DNA from: Gammaproteobacteria bacterium
Lineage (GTDB): Bacteria; Pseudomonadota; Gammaproteobacteria; JABABF01
Assembly: GCA_965237805.1 (NCBI GenBank)
Contig: OZ250153.1
Coordinates: 1 to 64,000, forward strand
Direction: 5' to 3'
Length of the DNA: 64,000 nt
The notes under the pieces were generated by a model. The model was not told the origin of the DNA and did no database searches. It saw nothing but the letters and a program-made list of their open reading frames with translations. Made by a program: the position numbers and the translations under genes. Below, in pieces: positions 1-10,458 of the stretch (position 1 is its first letter; each line of letters starts with the position of its first letter).

Positions 1-28
1 GGCTAAGCCCGCTCGACTCGGTGCTGCC

Positions 29-985
29 TTGGACTCCGGGCGTGGCACCGCTGCAAAAGTAGCGCTTGTCGAACGCAACACCACTGTTCGCGTCGCGCTG
101 GGTGTCGAATACGACGGCAGTGCCTTCCATGGCTGGCAGCGTCAGCAGACGGCGCCGATGGCCACCGTCCAAGAGCATTTGGAACGGGCGCTGAGCGCGG
201 TCGCAGCTCAGCCAATCCACAGCTATTGCGCCGGGCGCACTGATACCGGGGTGCATGCCTGCGCCCAAGTGGCACATTTTGATGCCTCGCCACAGCGCGA
301 ACTCAAAGCGTGGTCGCTCGGCACCAACAGCTATTTGCCCGCTGCGGTGCGAGTGTTGTGGAGCCAGCGGGTGGCGGCGGATTTCCACGCTCGCTTCTCG
401 GCGCGCTCGCGTGTTTATCGCTATTTGATCTGCAACCGTTCGCAGCCGCTGGCACTGTTTCGCCGCCAGCTGGCGTGGGAGCGCGCACCGCTTGATGTCG
501 ATGCCATGCGCGAGGCGGGGCAGTATCTGCTCGGCTCGCACGATTTCAGTGCTTTCCGCGCCGCGGCTTGCCATTCGAGTAGCCCGCGACGCCATATGAT
601 GCGCATCGATGTGCAACGCGATGGCGACTTGGTGACCATCGAGATCGAGGCCAACGCCTTTTTGCTGCATATGGTGCGTAACCTCGTCGGCACCCTGATG
701 GTCATCGGTCGCGGCGAGGCATCGCCGCATTGGTGTGCGGAGTTGCTGCGCCGCCGCGATCGCCGCTTGGCGGGGCCGACCGCAGTGACCGATGGGCTGT
801 ATTTTTTGGGTGCGCGCTACGATGCCTGCCACGGTATCCCGGCACTGCTAACGGGGCCACTGATGGGCACTTGGAGCCATGGTCTCGGTGCCGCTGTCGC
901 CGTCGATGCCGGGGGCGAGGTGGCACTGGCGGCGCAGGGTGCAACGGTGGCGGAGGATGGCGGTCATGGCGCGCATCCGCATTAA
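29..985 (+). CDS. truA: tRNA pseudouridine(38-40) synthase
   Basis: Motifs EYDGSAFHGWQRQ, AGRTDTGVHA (catalytic Asp), FHARFSA, ANAFLLHMVRN; start uncertain. Confidence 0.95.
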   Translation: MDSGRGTAAKVALVERNTTVRVALGVEYDGSAFHGWQRQQTAPMATVQEHLERALSAVAAQPIHSYCAGRTDTGVHACAQVAHFDASPQRELKAWSLGTNSYLPAAVRVLWSQRVAADFHARFSARSRVYRYLICNRSQPLALFRRQLAWERAPLDVDAMREAGQYLLGSHDFSAFRAAACHSSSPRRHMMRIDVQRDGDLVTIEIEANAFLLHMVRNLVGTLMVIGRGEASPHWCAELLRRRDRRLAGPTAVTDGLYFLGARYDACHGIPALLTGPLMGTWSHGLGAAVAVDAGGEVALAAQGATVAEDGGHGAHPH

Positions 986-1613
986 GATCTGCGGTATCAC
1001 CCGCCCCGAGGATGCGGCGGCAGCTGCCGCGCTCGGTGTCGATGCTGTCGGTCTGGTGTTTTGTTCACGCAGCGTGCGCGCCTTGAACATCGTGCAGGCG
1101 CGGCGCATCGTCGACGCGCTGCCGCCCTTTGTCAGCCCGGTGGCGCTATTCGCCAACACGCCACTGGCCGAGCGCCGTGCCGCACTCGAGGCCATTCCCT
1201 GCGCGATGCTGCAGTTTCACGGCGAGGAGGAAGCGGCGGAATGCGAGTGTCACGATCGTCCCTATATCAAAGCGCTGTGGCCGGGTCGCGTCGATTGGGG
1301 TTTGGCAGCTGCCGAGCGCTATCCCGCTGCCGCTGCCCTGTTGCTCGACAGCTACGATGAGGCCGGTGCACAGGGTGGTGGCAGTGGCCAGCCCTTTGAC
1401 TGGGCGTTAGCGGCCAGCGAGGCCGCCGTGGCACGACCATTGGTGTTGGCTGGTGGACTCAATGCCGACAATGTCGGTGACGCGCTGCGGCAGCTGCGGC
1501 CTTGGGCGGTGGATGTCAGCAGTGGGGTGGAGGATGCTCCGGGCATCAAATCCGCCACCAAGCTAGCGGCCTTTGTGGCGGCGGTGCGCAGTGCTGAGGC
1601 ACAGTGGTTATGA
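966..1613 (+). CDS. trpF: phosphoribosylanthranilate isomerase
   Basis: [33 protein letters not shown]; ATG 966 with GGAGG at 952-956. Confidence 0.95.
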   Translation: MARIRIKICGITRPEDAAAAAALGVDAVGLVFCSRSVRALNIVQARRIVDALPPFVSPVALFANTPLAERRAALEAIPCAMLQFHGEEEAAECECHDRPYIKALWPGRVDWGLAAAERYPAAAALLLDSYDEAGAQGGGSGQPFDWALAASEAAVARPLVLAGGLNADNVGDALRQLRPWAVDVSSGVEDAPGIKSATKLAAFVAAVRSAEAQWL

Positions 1614-2818
1614 GCGCTCCTCGCACCGCCGCCGCTGCGGGGCGTTATGGCCCCTACGGTGGGCGCTTCGTCGCCGAGACACTGATCGCCGCGTTGGACG
1701 AGTTGGAGCAGGCCTTTGAGCAGTGTATGGCCGATGCCGATTTCCGCGAGAGTTTGCAGCGCGAGCTGGAGGAGTATGTCGGCCGCCCGACACCGCTGTA
1801 CCCGGCCGAGCGCATCAGCGACGAGCTCGGCGGTGCGCAGATTTGCCTGAAGCGCGAGGATTTGAATCACACCGGCGCACACAAGATCAACAATACGGTG
1901 GGTCAAGCCCTGTTGGCCAAGCATATGGGCAAGCGCCGCCTGATCGCCGAGACCGGTGCTGGCCAGCACGGTGTCGCCACCGCCACCGTCGCGGCGCGGG
2001 CGGGGCTCGAGTGCTGTGTCTATATGGGCGAGGAAGATATGCGCCGCCAAGCGATCAATGTGCGCCGCATGGAATTGCTCGGTGCCGAGCTGCGCACCGT
2101 GCGCAGCGGCAGCCGCACCCTCAAGGATGCTCTCAACGAGGCGCTGCGCGACTGGGTGGGCAGCTCCGAGCACAGTCTCTATGTGATCGGCACGGCGGCC
2201 GGGCCGCACCCCTATCCGATGCTGGTGCGCGAGCTGCAGTCGGTCATCGGGCGCGAGGCGCGTCGCCAGTGCTTGGCACGCTACGACCGCCTGCCGGATG
2301 CGCTGGTGGCCTGTGTCGGCGGTGGCTCCAATGCCATCGGTCTATTCCATCCCTTTCTAGCCGATGAGGCGGTGCGTATGTACGGCGTCGAAGCGGGCGG
2401 CAGCGGTCTGGCCAGCGGGCACCATGCGGCCTCGCTATGCGCGGGTAGCCCCGGGGTATTGCACGGTGCGTACAGCTATCTATTGCAGGACGAGGACGGC
2501 CAAGTGGCGGCTACCCATTCGATCTCTGCTGGCCTCGATTACCCGGCTGTCGGCCCCGAGCACGCTTGGCTCAAAGACAGTGGCCGTGTCGACTACTCTG
2601 CGGTGGCAGATAGTGCGGCGCTGGAGGCTTGCCTGCGACTGACGCGCAGCGAGGGCATCCTGCCAGCACTGGAGAGCAGTCACGCCTTGGCGCGCGCCTT
2701 TGAACTCGCCGTCGAGCTCGGGCGCGATGGTCTGCTGCTGGTTAATCTCTCCGGCCGCGGCGACAAGGACATCGAAGAAATCCTGCGTTTATCGGCGGCC
2801 CAAGAGCAGCTGCAATGA
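1610..2818 (+). CDS. trpB: tryptophan synthase beta chain
   Basis: [38 protein letters not shown]; ATGA overlap with trpF. Confidence 0.97.
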   Translation: MSAPRTAAAAGRYGPYGGRFVAETLIAALDELEQAFEQCMADADFRESLQRELEEYVGRPTPLYPAERISDELGGAQICLKREDLNHTGAHKINNTVGQALLAKHMGKRRLIAETGAGQHGVATATVAARAGLECCVYMGEEDMRRQAINVRRMELLGAELRTVRSGSRTLKDALNEALRDWVGSSEHSLYVIGTAAGPHPYPMLVRELQSVIGREARRQCLARYDRLPDALVACVGGGSNAIGLFHPFLADEAVRMYGVEAGGSGLASGHHAASLCAGSPGVLHGAYSYLLQDEDGQVAATHSISAGLDYPAVGPEHAWLKDSGRVDYSAVADSAALEACLRLTRSEGILPALESSHALARAFELAVELGRDGLLLVNLSGRGDKDIEEILRLSAAQEQLQ

Positions 2819-3633
2819 GTCGTATCAGCAGCTGTTTTGAGAGCCTTGCCAGCACTGGCCGCAAGGCTTTGGTGCCCTATATCGTCGCCGGCGATATCCC
2901 CGACGGCACCGATGACGGCACCGTGTGCTTTATGCGCCACTTGGTGGCAGGCGGTGCCGACCTGATCGAGCTGGGCATGCCTTTTTCCGACCCGATGGCA
3001 GAAGGGCCAGTGATTCAGCGGGGACACGAGCGGGCGCTGGCACGGGGCACGACGCTGAGCGACATCCTCGCGATGGTCACCAGCTTCCGCCGCGACGACG
3101 AGCGCACACCGGTGGTCTTGATGGGTTATAGCAATCCGGTGCTGCACTACGGTGTGATCGCTTTCGCCACGGCGGCGGCTGCTGCTGGCGTGGATGGAGT
3201 GCTTTTGGTCGACATGCCGCCAGAGGACAGCGGCGAGCTACCAGCGGCGCTCGCCGCCGCCGGTCTCGATATGATTCTCCTCGCGGCACCGACGACCAGT
3301 GCCGCTAGGCTGCACCGCATCGCTGCGCTGATCAGCGGTTATCTGTACTATGTGTCGTTGCGTGGTGTCACTGGTGCCGACTCGTTGGATGTCGCTGCGG
3401 TGCGTGCCAAGCTTAGCGAATTGCGGCGTAGCGTGAAGCAGCCAGTCTGCGTGGGTTTCGGCATCCGTTCGGCTGAGACCGCCGCCGCGGTCGGCGAATT
3501 GGCCGATGGCATCGTCGTCGGCAGCCTTTTGGTCGATAAAATGGGGCAGCTAGCGGACAGCGACAGCGTTGCGGTCGGTGCTGCTTTGCAGGATTTGCTA
3601 TCCCCGTTGCGGGTGGCTTTAGACGGGGAGTAG
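2815..3633 (+). CDS. trpA: tryptophan synthase alpha chain
   Basis: [32 protein letters not shown]. Confidence 0.96.
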   Translation: MSRISSCFESLASTGRKALVPYIVAGDIPDGTDDGTVCFMRHLVAGGADLIELGMPFSDPMAEGPVIQRGHERALARGTTLSDILAMVTSFRRDDERTPVVLMGYSNPVLHYGVIAFATAAAAAGVDGVLLVDMPPEDSGELPAALAAAGLDMILLAAPTTSAARLHRIAALISGYLYYVSLRGVTGADSLDVAAVRAKLSELRRSVKQPVCVGFGIRSAETAAAVGELADGIVVGSLLVDKMGQLADSDSVAVGAALQDLLSPLRVALDGE

Positions 3634-3640
3634 GGGCACA

Positions 3641-4510
3641 ATGATCAATTGGCTCAATCGGTTGTTGCCGTCCTTGCAGACCAGTGTGCGGCGGCAGAAC
3701 CGCAGCCGTGTGCCCGAAGGCTTGTGGGTGCGCTGCACGGGTTGTAGCAAAACCCTCTACGAGCCAGAATTTACGCAGCATCTGCAGGTTTGTCCCCACT
3801 GTGGTCACCATGCCCGGCTCAGTGCCCGCTTGCGTTTGGAGTACTTCTTAGATGCCGAGCCGCGCACCGAGTTGGCGACCGAGGTCGAGCCGATCGACCG
3901 CCTGCGTTTCCGCGATATCAAGCGCTACCGCGACCGGATCAGCGCCGCCCAGAAAAAAACCGGTGAAAAAGATGCCTTGGTGTCGATGCAGGGCGAGCTG
4001 CGCGGCCTGCCAGTGGTGGTCTGCGCCTTTGAGTTTGCCTTTCATGGTGGCTCGATGGGGTACGCCGTCGGCGAGAAGTTCACCCGCACGGTGAGCGGCT
4101 GTATCGCCGATCGACTGCCCTTGGTCTGCTTTGCTTCCAGCGGCGGGGCGCGGATGCAAGAAGCCTTGATCTCACTGATGCAGATGTCCAAGACGGCGGC
4201 GGTGTTGACGCGTCTGAGCAGCGTCGGCCTGCCCTATATCTCGGTGTTGACGGATCCGGTCTACGGCGGCGTGTCGGCCAGCCTCGCCTCGCTCGGCGAT
4301 ATCAACATTGCCGAGCCCGGTGTGCGCTCAGGTTTTGCCGGTCCCAGTATCGTCCGCGATACGCTCAAGCTGACGGAGTTGCCGGAGGGCTTTCAGAGCA
4401 GCGAATTTCTGCTGGCGCACGGCATGATTGATATGATCCTCCCGCGTGCCCAACTGCGCCCCCGCATCGCCTCGTTGTTGGCGAAGCTGGGTGGCCAGCC
4501 GATGCCCTGA
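3641..4510 (+). CDS. accD: acetyl-CoA carboxylase carboxyltransferase beta subunit
   Basis: VPEGLWVRC..C zinc finger, GGSMG, SGGARMQE, GGVSAS. Confidence 0.96.
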   Translation: MINWLNRLLPSLQTSVRRQNRSRVPEGLWVRCTGCSKTLYEPEFTQHLQVCPHCGHHARLSARLRLEYFLDAEPRTELATEVEPIDRLRFRDIKRYRDRISAAQKKTGEKDALVSMQGELRGLPVVVCAFEFAFHGGSMGYAVGEKFTRTVSGCIADRLPLVCFASSGGARMQEALISLMQMSKTAAVLTRLSSVGLPYISVLTDPVYGGVSASLASLGDINIAEPGVRSGFAGPSIVRDTLKLTELPEGFQSSEFLLAHGMIDMILPRAQLRPRIASLLAKLGGQPMP

Positions 4511-4521
4511 GCGGCGCTTCG

Positions 4522-5871
4522 ATGGCGACGCAGCTAGCATCCGCCGCTCGGCACGATGTGTTGCCGTGCAGTTTTTCCGCTTGGCGCAGCTATATCGATC
4601 GGCTGCATCCAGAGGAGATCGAGCTGGGCTTGGCGCGTGTTGCCACCGTGGCGCGGCAGCTGGCTTGTAGCGATTTTAGTGGCACTGTCGTCACTGTCGC
4701 TGGCACCAATGGCAAAGGGAGCGCCGTGGCGGTATTGGAAAGATTGGCGCGTGCAGCGGGCATCTCGGTGGGAGCTTATACCTCGCCGCACTTGTTGCGC
4801 TTCAACGAGCGTTTGCGCCTCGACGGTGAGGAATTGGATGACGCGGCCTGGTGCGAGGCCTTTGAGACTGTCGAGCGCGGCCGTGGGAGCACTCCTTTGA
4901 CCGCCTTTGAATTTGACAGCTTGGCGGCCCTGTGCCTGTTGCAAGATCATGCGCCGCGCCTGCTTTTGCTTGAAGCCGGACTGGGCGGGCGCTTGGATGC
5001 CGTTGCCATCGTCCCCCCGCAGCTGGTGCTGATCAGCAGTGTGGCGCTAGACCATGAAGGCTGGCTCGGTGATAATAGAGAGGCGATCGGCAAGGAGAAA
5101 GCCGCTCTATTCACAGCGGGTTGCCAAGTCGTTTATGGCGATTTGGAGCCACCGCAAAGTGTCTGCCAGTTGGCGAGTCAACTGGCAGTTCGCTGGCACG
5201 GTATAGGGCAGCAATACGAGCATGAAAGCACTCCGGATGGGCGCTGGCATTGGCGCGGTGCAGCTGCAGATAGTGTCGGCGACGACAGCTGTACGCAGCC
5301 CTTGCGCGGCACCGCTAGCAGTTCACCGTTGCTGGATGCGGACAGCGTCGCCGCCGCGCTACAGGCGTGGTTCCTGTTGCGACCCCAGTTGTTTGCGGAC
5401 AGCGTCACCGAGCCCGCAGTGGCGGCGGCGGTGGCGACGGCGGCCGCTACTCGCTTGGCCGGGCGACGGCACAGCTTGCGCCGGGGAGGTGTCCGCTACC
5501 TGCTCGATGTGGCGCACAATCCCGCGGCGGCGGCACATCTCGCCGCGGCACTCGGTGCTGAGCGGCCGGTTGCGGTGCTCGGTATGATGGCGGACAAAGA
5601 TAGCGGTGCTTTTGTCGATGCGTTGTGTGGTGTGGTACGTGAATGGTGCGTGGCCGAGCTGCCGGGTGAGCGCGCCGCCGCACCCGCCGCGCTCGCCGCA
5701 CAGCTGCGCCGCCGCGCTGAGCGCACACATTGTTGCGATGGGGTCGCAGCGGCCTTGATGCGGGCGGCATCACTGGCGGGGTTGGGCGGCACCGTGCTGG
5801 TCACCGGCTCTTTTGTGACCGTGGCCGAGGCGCTGCGGCAATTGGGCACGCCGCCGGTTTTGCAGTCATGA
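4522..5871 (+). CDS. folC: bifunctional folylpolyglutamate/dihydrofolate synthase
   Basis: VAGTNGKGS, YTSPHL, EAGLGGRLDA, LDVAHNP, VTGSF. Confidence 0.93.
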   Translation: MATQLASAARHDVLPCSFSAWRSYIDRLHPEEIELGLARVATVARQLACSDFSGTVVTVAGTNGKGSAVAVLERLARAAGISVGAYTSPHLLRFNERLRLDGEELDDAAWCEAFETVERGRGSTPLTAFEFDSLAALCLLQDHAPRLLLLEAGLGGRLDAVAIVPPQLVLISSVALDHEGWLGDNREAIGKEKAALFTAGCQVVYGDLEPPQSVCQLASQLAVRWHGIGQQYEHESTPDGRWHWRGAAADSVGDDSCTQPLRGTASSSPLLDADSVAAALQAWFLLRPQLFADSVTEPAVAAAVATAAATRLAGRRHSLRRGGVRYLLDVAHNPAAAAHLAAALGAERPVAVLGMMADKDSGAFVDALCGVVREWCVAELPGERAAAPAALAAQLRRRAERTHCCDGVAAALMRAASLAGLGGTVLVTGSFVTVAEALRQLGTPPVLQS

Positions 5872-6374
5872 AGCAGCGGCGCGGTCGCTTTGCCAAGACG
5901 CCTCGGCCCACCCCTAGCGCTCGCCGCTTGCTCAAGTCGTTCTATGGGCTGTTCAGCGGGGCGCTGATCATCCTGCTGGTGGCGCTCTACTGGCCACTGC
6001 TGTTGGGCGGGCAGTCCAGCGCGCTGCCACAGCTGATCAAGCAATCCGACATACTGCCGCTGCAGCCGGTGCTTGTGCCGACGGTGCGGGGGGACTCCGC
6101 GCTGTCTGCCGAGGAGGAGCTGCAGCACACGCTGTCGATGTCTTGGCGTGTGCTGGCCAGTAGCCACGCCGAGCAGGGAGAGGCATTGCAGAGCTTGCGA
6201 CACTTGCGCGATGACGGCTTTGCTGCCTACCCCGAATCGCTCTCGCTGAGCGACGGTGCGGAGCGCTATCAAGTCTATGTTGATGAGTCGATTTCTTTGG
6301 CTGATGCCGCCCAGATCGTGAAGGCGCTGGAGCAGCGCCATGGTCTTTCCGCCCGACCAGTACAGCAGCAGTAG
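5868..6374 (+). CDS. dedD: SPOR-domain membrane protein (DedD-like)
   Basis: N-terminal TM helix, degenerate SPOR-like C-terminus, position between folC and cvpA. Confidence 0.6.
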   Translation: MKQRRGRFAKTPRPTPSARRLLKSFYGLFSGALIILLVALYWPLLLGGQSSALPQLIKQSDILPLQPVLVPTVRGDSALSAEEELQHTLSMSWRVLASSHAEQGEALQSLRHLRDDGFAAYPESLSLSDGAERYQVYVDESISLADAAQIVKALEQRHGLSARPVQQQ

Positions 6375-6386
6375 TCGCCACTGGAC

Positions 6387-6992
6387 ATGACTTTTTCTCC
6401 CACCGATTTTGTGCTGTGCGCTGGCATCTTGCTATTTGCCATTTCTTGGAGCGTGCGGGGCTTTATCCGCCAGGGTATCGGTTTGCTGACCTTGGCCTTG
6501 TCGGTGTGGGTGGCTTGGCAATACGAGGCACAGCTCGCTGCCGAGCTGATACCTTGGGTCGGCAGTTCGCTGGCGTTGCGGCGCATGGTGGCCTTCATCC
6601 TGTTGCTGCTGTCGGTGGCTCTGTGCGGTTTGGCACTCGCCCAGCTCATCGGCAAATTGGTGCACTGGCTCGGGATCGGCAATTTGGATCGGCTGTTGGG
6701 GCTGATCACCGGCGTGTTTCTGGGCGGCGCGATCTGCTGGGCCGTGCTGTTCGGGGTGCGTGCGGTGGCACCGCAGTTGGCAGAGCAGCGCTGGTGGCAG
6801 GAATCACAGCTGATCCCGGTGATATTCGATGTGGCGGGTCGGTTGCGGGGGCACCTGCCGGGGTGGCGTGGCAACGGGGTGCGCTCATCGGTGCTCGACT
6901 TTGTGCCGATGCTGCCCGATACGACGCCGGGCGCTTCGGACACCGCCGATACGGTGACAGCCACGCCGCCCCCGCCGGATGCCGGTCGGTAG
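6387..6992 (+). CDS. cvpA: CvpA family membrane protein
   Basis: Four TM helices, RGFIRQ and LDRLLGLITG motifs, upstream of purF. Confidence 0.88.
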   Translation: MTFSPTDFVLCAGILLFAISWSVRGFIRQGIGLLTLALSVWVAWQYEAQLAAELIPWVGSSLALRRMVAFILLLLSVALCGLALAQLIGKLVHWLGIGNLDRLLGLITGVFLGGAICWAVLFGVRAVAPQLAEQRWWQESQLIPVIFDVAGRLRGHLPGWRGNGVRSSVLDFVPMLPDTTPGASDTADTVTATPPPPDAGR

Positions 6993-7000
6993 CGCAGCTC

Positions 7001-8653
7001 ATGTGCGGGATTATTGGTGTTGCCTCCTCTGCGCGAGTCCACGAGCTGATCTATGAGGGATTGAATCTGTTGCAACACCGGGGGCAAGACGCTGCCGGCA
7101 TTTTCACGATGGAGCAGCGGCGCTTTTACCAGCACAAAGGCTTGGGTTTGGTACGAGATGTGTTCAGCGCCGACAATCTGGACCCATTGCGGGGCAATTT
7201 CGGCATCGGTCATGTGCGTTATCCGACCGTTGGATTCGGCAGCACCGATCCAGCCCAAGCGCAGCCACTGTATGTCAATTCACCCTGTGGTATCGCCCTG
7301 ATCCACAACGGCAATTTGGTCAATGCAGACGAGCTGGGAAAGGCGCTGCGTCACGAGCAGCGCCATCTGAACAGTGATTCGGATTCCGAAGTGCTGCTCA
7401 ATGTGCTCGCTGCGGAATTGCACCGTCATCTCAGTGCGCGCGGCACCCTCGACAAACGGTGCATTGTCAAAGCCGTCTCGGCGCTGATGCACCGTTGCTT
7501 GGGAGCCTATTCTGTCATCGCATTGTTGGGCGGCAAGGGGGTGATCGCCTTTCGCGATCCTTACGGCATCCGCCCCTTGGTTTACGGGAGTCGGGCTCGT
7601 GCCGACGGCAAGGGGCGAGATTACCTATTTGCTTCCGAGAGCGTGGCGCTCGATGTGCTCGGTTTCCAGCTGGAGCGTGACCTCAGGCCCGGCGAGTTGA
7701 TCTATGTCGACAATGCGGGAAAACTCAGCAGCTTTCAGTGCTACCAAGACGAGCCGCAATTGATGCCGTGCATTTTTGAATATGTTTATTTGGCGCGACC
7801 AGATTCGATTTTGGAAGGCGTCTCTGTCTACCAAGCGCGCCTGCGTCAAGGTGAGTACTTGGCGCGGCGTATCCGCAGCTCGGGCATCAAGCTCGATGTG
7901 GTGATGCCGGTGCCGGACACTGGCCGGGTCGCCGCGCAGGCCATCGCTGACCATTTGGGATTGCCGATCCGTGAAGGCTTGATGCGCAACCGCTATGTGG
8001 GGCGTACCTTCATCATGCGCGGGCAGCATCAGCGCCAGCAAAATGTGCGGCGCAAACTCAACCTGATCCCATCGGAGTTTGCCGGTCGCAATGTGTTGCT
8101 GGTCGATGACTCGATCGTGCGCGGCACCACCTCGCGTCAGATTGTGAAACTGGTGCATGGGTTTACCCGCGTCAACAAGATCTACATCGCGTCGGTGGCA
8201 CCGCCAGTGCGCTTTCAGAATGTCTACGGCATCGATATGCCGACCACACAGGAGCTCGTCGCGCACAAGACGCTCGATGAGGATGCCTTGTTGCAGGGCG
8301 TCGGCAGCGGTGCGCCGCTCGATGAGCAGAGCCACGCGGGGATTGAGCGGACGGTGTGCCGTTCGATCGGCGCTGATGGCTTGTTTTACCAGCGGCTGGA
8401 AGATCTGGTGGCTTCTGTTGCCGGGGATGGTGCGGGTCCCCAAGATTTCGAGCTGTCGATTTTCAACGGCGACTATGTCACGGGCGGGGTCAGCGAAGAT
8501 TATTTGGCGCGTCTGTCCGAGCGGCGCATGGAGCGCCCTCGCACCGATGCGACACCGCAGATGTCACTGTTTGGCGAGCAGCGCGCCAATGTGTCCGCGC
8601 TGAGTCAGGCGCGCAACAAGCGAGCTGTGGGGGCACTTGGCCATGGCGATTGA
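7001..8653 (+). CDS. purF: amidophosphoribosyltransferase
   Basis: N-terminal MCGIIG (Ntn Cys), LQHRGQDAAGI, LVDDSIVRGTT. Confidence 0.97.
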   Translation: MCGIIGVASSARVHELIYEGLNLLQHRGQDAAGIFTMEQRRFYQHKGLGLVRDVFSADNLDPLRGNFGIGHVRYPTVGFGSTDPAQAQPLYVNSPCGIALIHNGNLVNADELGKALRHEQRHLNSDSDSEVLLNVLAAELHRHLSARGTLDKRCIVKAVSALMHRCLGAYSVIALLGGKGVIAFRDPYGIRPLVYGSRARADGKGRDYLFASESVALDVLGFQLERDLRPGELIYVDNAGKLSSFQCYQDEPQLMPCIFEYVYLARPDSILEGVSVYQARLRQGEYLARRIRSSGIKLDVVMPVPDTGRVAAQAIADHLGLPIREGLMRNRYVGRTFIMRGQHQRQQNVRRKLNLIPSEFAGRNVLLVDDSIVRGTTSRQIVKLVHGFTRVNKIYIASVAPPVRFQNVYGIDMPTTQELVAHKTLDEDALLQGVGSGAPLDEQSHAGIERTVCRSIGADGLFYQRLEDLVASVAGDGAGPQDFELSIFNGDYVTGGVSEDYLARLSERRMERPRTDATPQMSLFGEQRANVSALSQARNKRAVGALGHGD

Positions 8654-9860
8654 AGACGGTGGACCACCAGCGCCACTGCCAGAGGATGTCAGCGGCTTTG
8701 ACAGCTTCGCCGCTCGTGCTGGCCAGCAGCGCACCGTCGAGGGCGAACACAGCGAGCCGATATTCCTCAGCTCCAGCTATGTCTTTGCCAGTGCACGCGA
8801 GGCGGCGGCACGCTTCGCTGGCGAGGAGGAAGGCAATGTCTATTCGCGCTACACCAATCCCACCGTGCGTTCCTTCGAGCAACGCTTGGCGGCCTTGGAG
8901 GGTGCCGAGGAGTGCGTGGCCACCGCTTCCGGCATGGCGGCGATCCTATCGCTGTGCATGGCGCTTTTGCACAGCGGCGATCACATTGTCTGTTCGCGCA
9001 GTGTCTTTGGTGCCACGCTGGTCTTGCTGCGCAAGTACTTGGCGCGCTTCGGGGTGACGGCTGATTTTGTCGCACAGGCCGAACTGGATAGCTGGCGGGC
9101 GGCGATTCGTCCCGGCGCGACCAAGCTGCTTTTTTTGGAGACGCCGTCGAATCCGATGGCTGAGATCGCCGACATCGGTGCGCTGGCCGAGCTGGCACAT
9201 GGTGCCGATGCCTTGTTGGCAGTGGACAATTGCTTTTGCACCCCGGCTCTGCAACAGCCCTTGGCCTTGGGAGCCGATATCGTCGTGCATTCGGCGACCA
9301 AATACATCGACGGCCACGGACGCTGCATCGGCGGTGCCGTGTTGGGTAGGGCAGAGCAGATGGCAGAGCTGCGCGGCTTTCTGCGTGCTGCTGGCCCCAG
9401 CATGAGCCCCTTTAACGCTTGGGTTTTTTCCAGCGGACTCAGCACCTTGCGTCTGCGTATGGAGGCACATAGCCGCAATGCCGAGCAGCTGGCGCGCTGG
9501 CTGGACGGGCGTGAAGAGGTGGTGCAGCTGTTCTATCCCGGCCTGGAGGATCACCCCGGGCACCAGCTGGCCGCGCGCCAACAGAGCGGTTTTGGCGGTG
9601 TGTTGGCTTTTAGGCTAGGCGGTGGGCGCGAGCGTGCGTGGCGCTTCATCGATGCCGTCGAGCTGATATCCAGAACGGCGAATCTGGGCGATGTCAAAAG
9701 TACCGTCGTGCATCCGGCCAGCACCACGCATGCCAAATTGAGCCAGGCGGAGCGCGATGAGGCTGGTATCAGTGAGGATTTGGTGCGCATCGCTGCCGGG
9801 CTAGAAGACCCGGTCGATCTGATCCGGGATTTACAACGCGGTCTGCGCGCCTTGGGCTAA
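8643..9860 (+). CDS. metZ: O-succinylhomoserine sulfhydrylase
   Basis: EHSEPIF, YSRYTNPT, HSATKYIDGHGR (PLP Lys), TANLGD; follows purF. Confidence 0.92.
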   Translation: MAIEDGGPPAPLPEDVSGFDSFAARAGQQRTVEGEHSEPIFLSSSYVFASAREAAARFAGEEEGNVYSRYTNPTVRSFEQRLAALEGAEECVATASGMAAILSLCMALLHSGDHIVCSRSVFGATLVLLRKYLARFGVTADFVAQAELDSWRAAIRPGATKLLFLETPSNPMAEIADIGALAELAHGADALLAVDNCFCTPALQQPLALGADIVVHSATKYIDGHGRCIGGAVLGRAEQMAELRGFLRAAGPSMSPFNAWVFSSGLSTLRLRMEAHSRNAEQLARWLDGREEVVQLFYPGLEDHPGHQLAARQQSGFGGVLAFRLGGGRERAWRFIDAVELISRTANLGDVKSTVVHPASTTHAKLSQAERDEAGISEDLVRIAAGLEDPVDLIRDLQRGLRALG

Positions 9861-9972
9861 AAGTCCAATTTCCACACATATTTCGAATCATCTGCTATCC
9901 GGAACTTGACAACTATGTCAGTAGTGAGCCAGAATTTGGATCAAATTCAGCAATAGAGAGCAGGCATTGATA

Positions 9973-10392
9973 ATGGCCAGTTACCAAAGGTCGGTCGGGG
10001 GAGTTCCTAATGTTGACTACAACGCGGAAACAAAGCAACGCACAGTAATCATATCTATCATAATCCCATTTTTTTTGGTCGGGTGTTTCAATATGCCAAC
10101 AAATCCCGCACAAATTACAGGTTCCTATACTTCGGGTCTGCACTACATGAATTATGGCTGTGATCAGATGGCAGCAGAATTAGATTCTTTAGCCAGACGG
10201 GAAAATCAGCTGACGATAGCTCAAGAACAGAGAATTAAAACAAGCGTAGCCCAAGCATTTTGGTCTGGAATTGGTCAGGGTGACGGAGTTGAAGCAGCTG
10301 AGCTTGCTAATGTTAAAGGTGAGAAAGAGGCGGTTCGGAAAGCAATTGATTCAAAAAAATGTCAGCAAGTCATCAGCAAGGCATATAAATAG
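9973..10392 (+). CDS. hypothetical small lipoprotein (AT-rich; 5' end possibly frameshifted)
   Basis: Hydrophobic stretch plus lipobox LVGC; markedly AT-rich compared with flanks. Confidence 0.6.
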   Translation: MASYQRSVGGVPNVDYNAETKQRTVIISIIIPFFLVGCFNMPTNPAQITGSYTSGLHYMNYGCDQMAAELDSLARRENQLTIAQEQRIKTSVAQAFWSGIGQGDGVEAAELANVKGEKEAVRKAIDSKKCQQVISKAYK

Positions 10393-10458
10393 AAATTCCA
10401 GAAACAACGATTTATTGATATCCCTTAGTGCGCCCAATTCAGGTTAGCTCAGGAGATT

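Noticed and set aside
6416-7000. 745-aa ORF suggesting an N-terminally extended PurF overlapping cvpA
   Set aside because: PurF needs Cys at position 2 (MCG at 7001); the upstream open frame is a GC-rich shadow of cvpA
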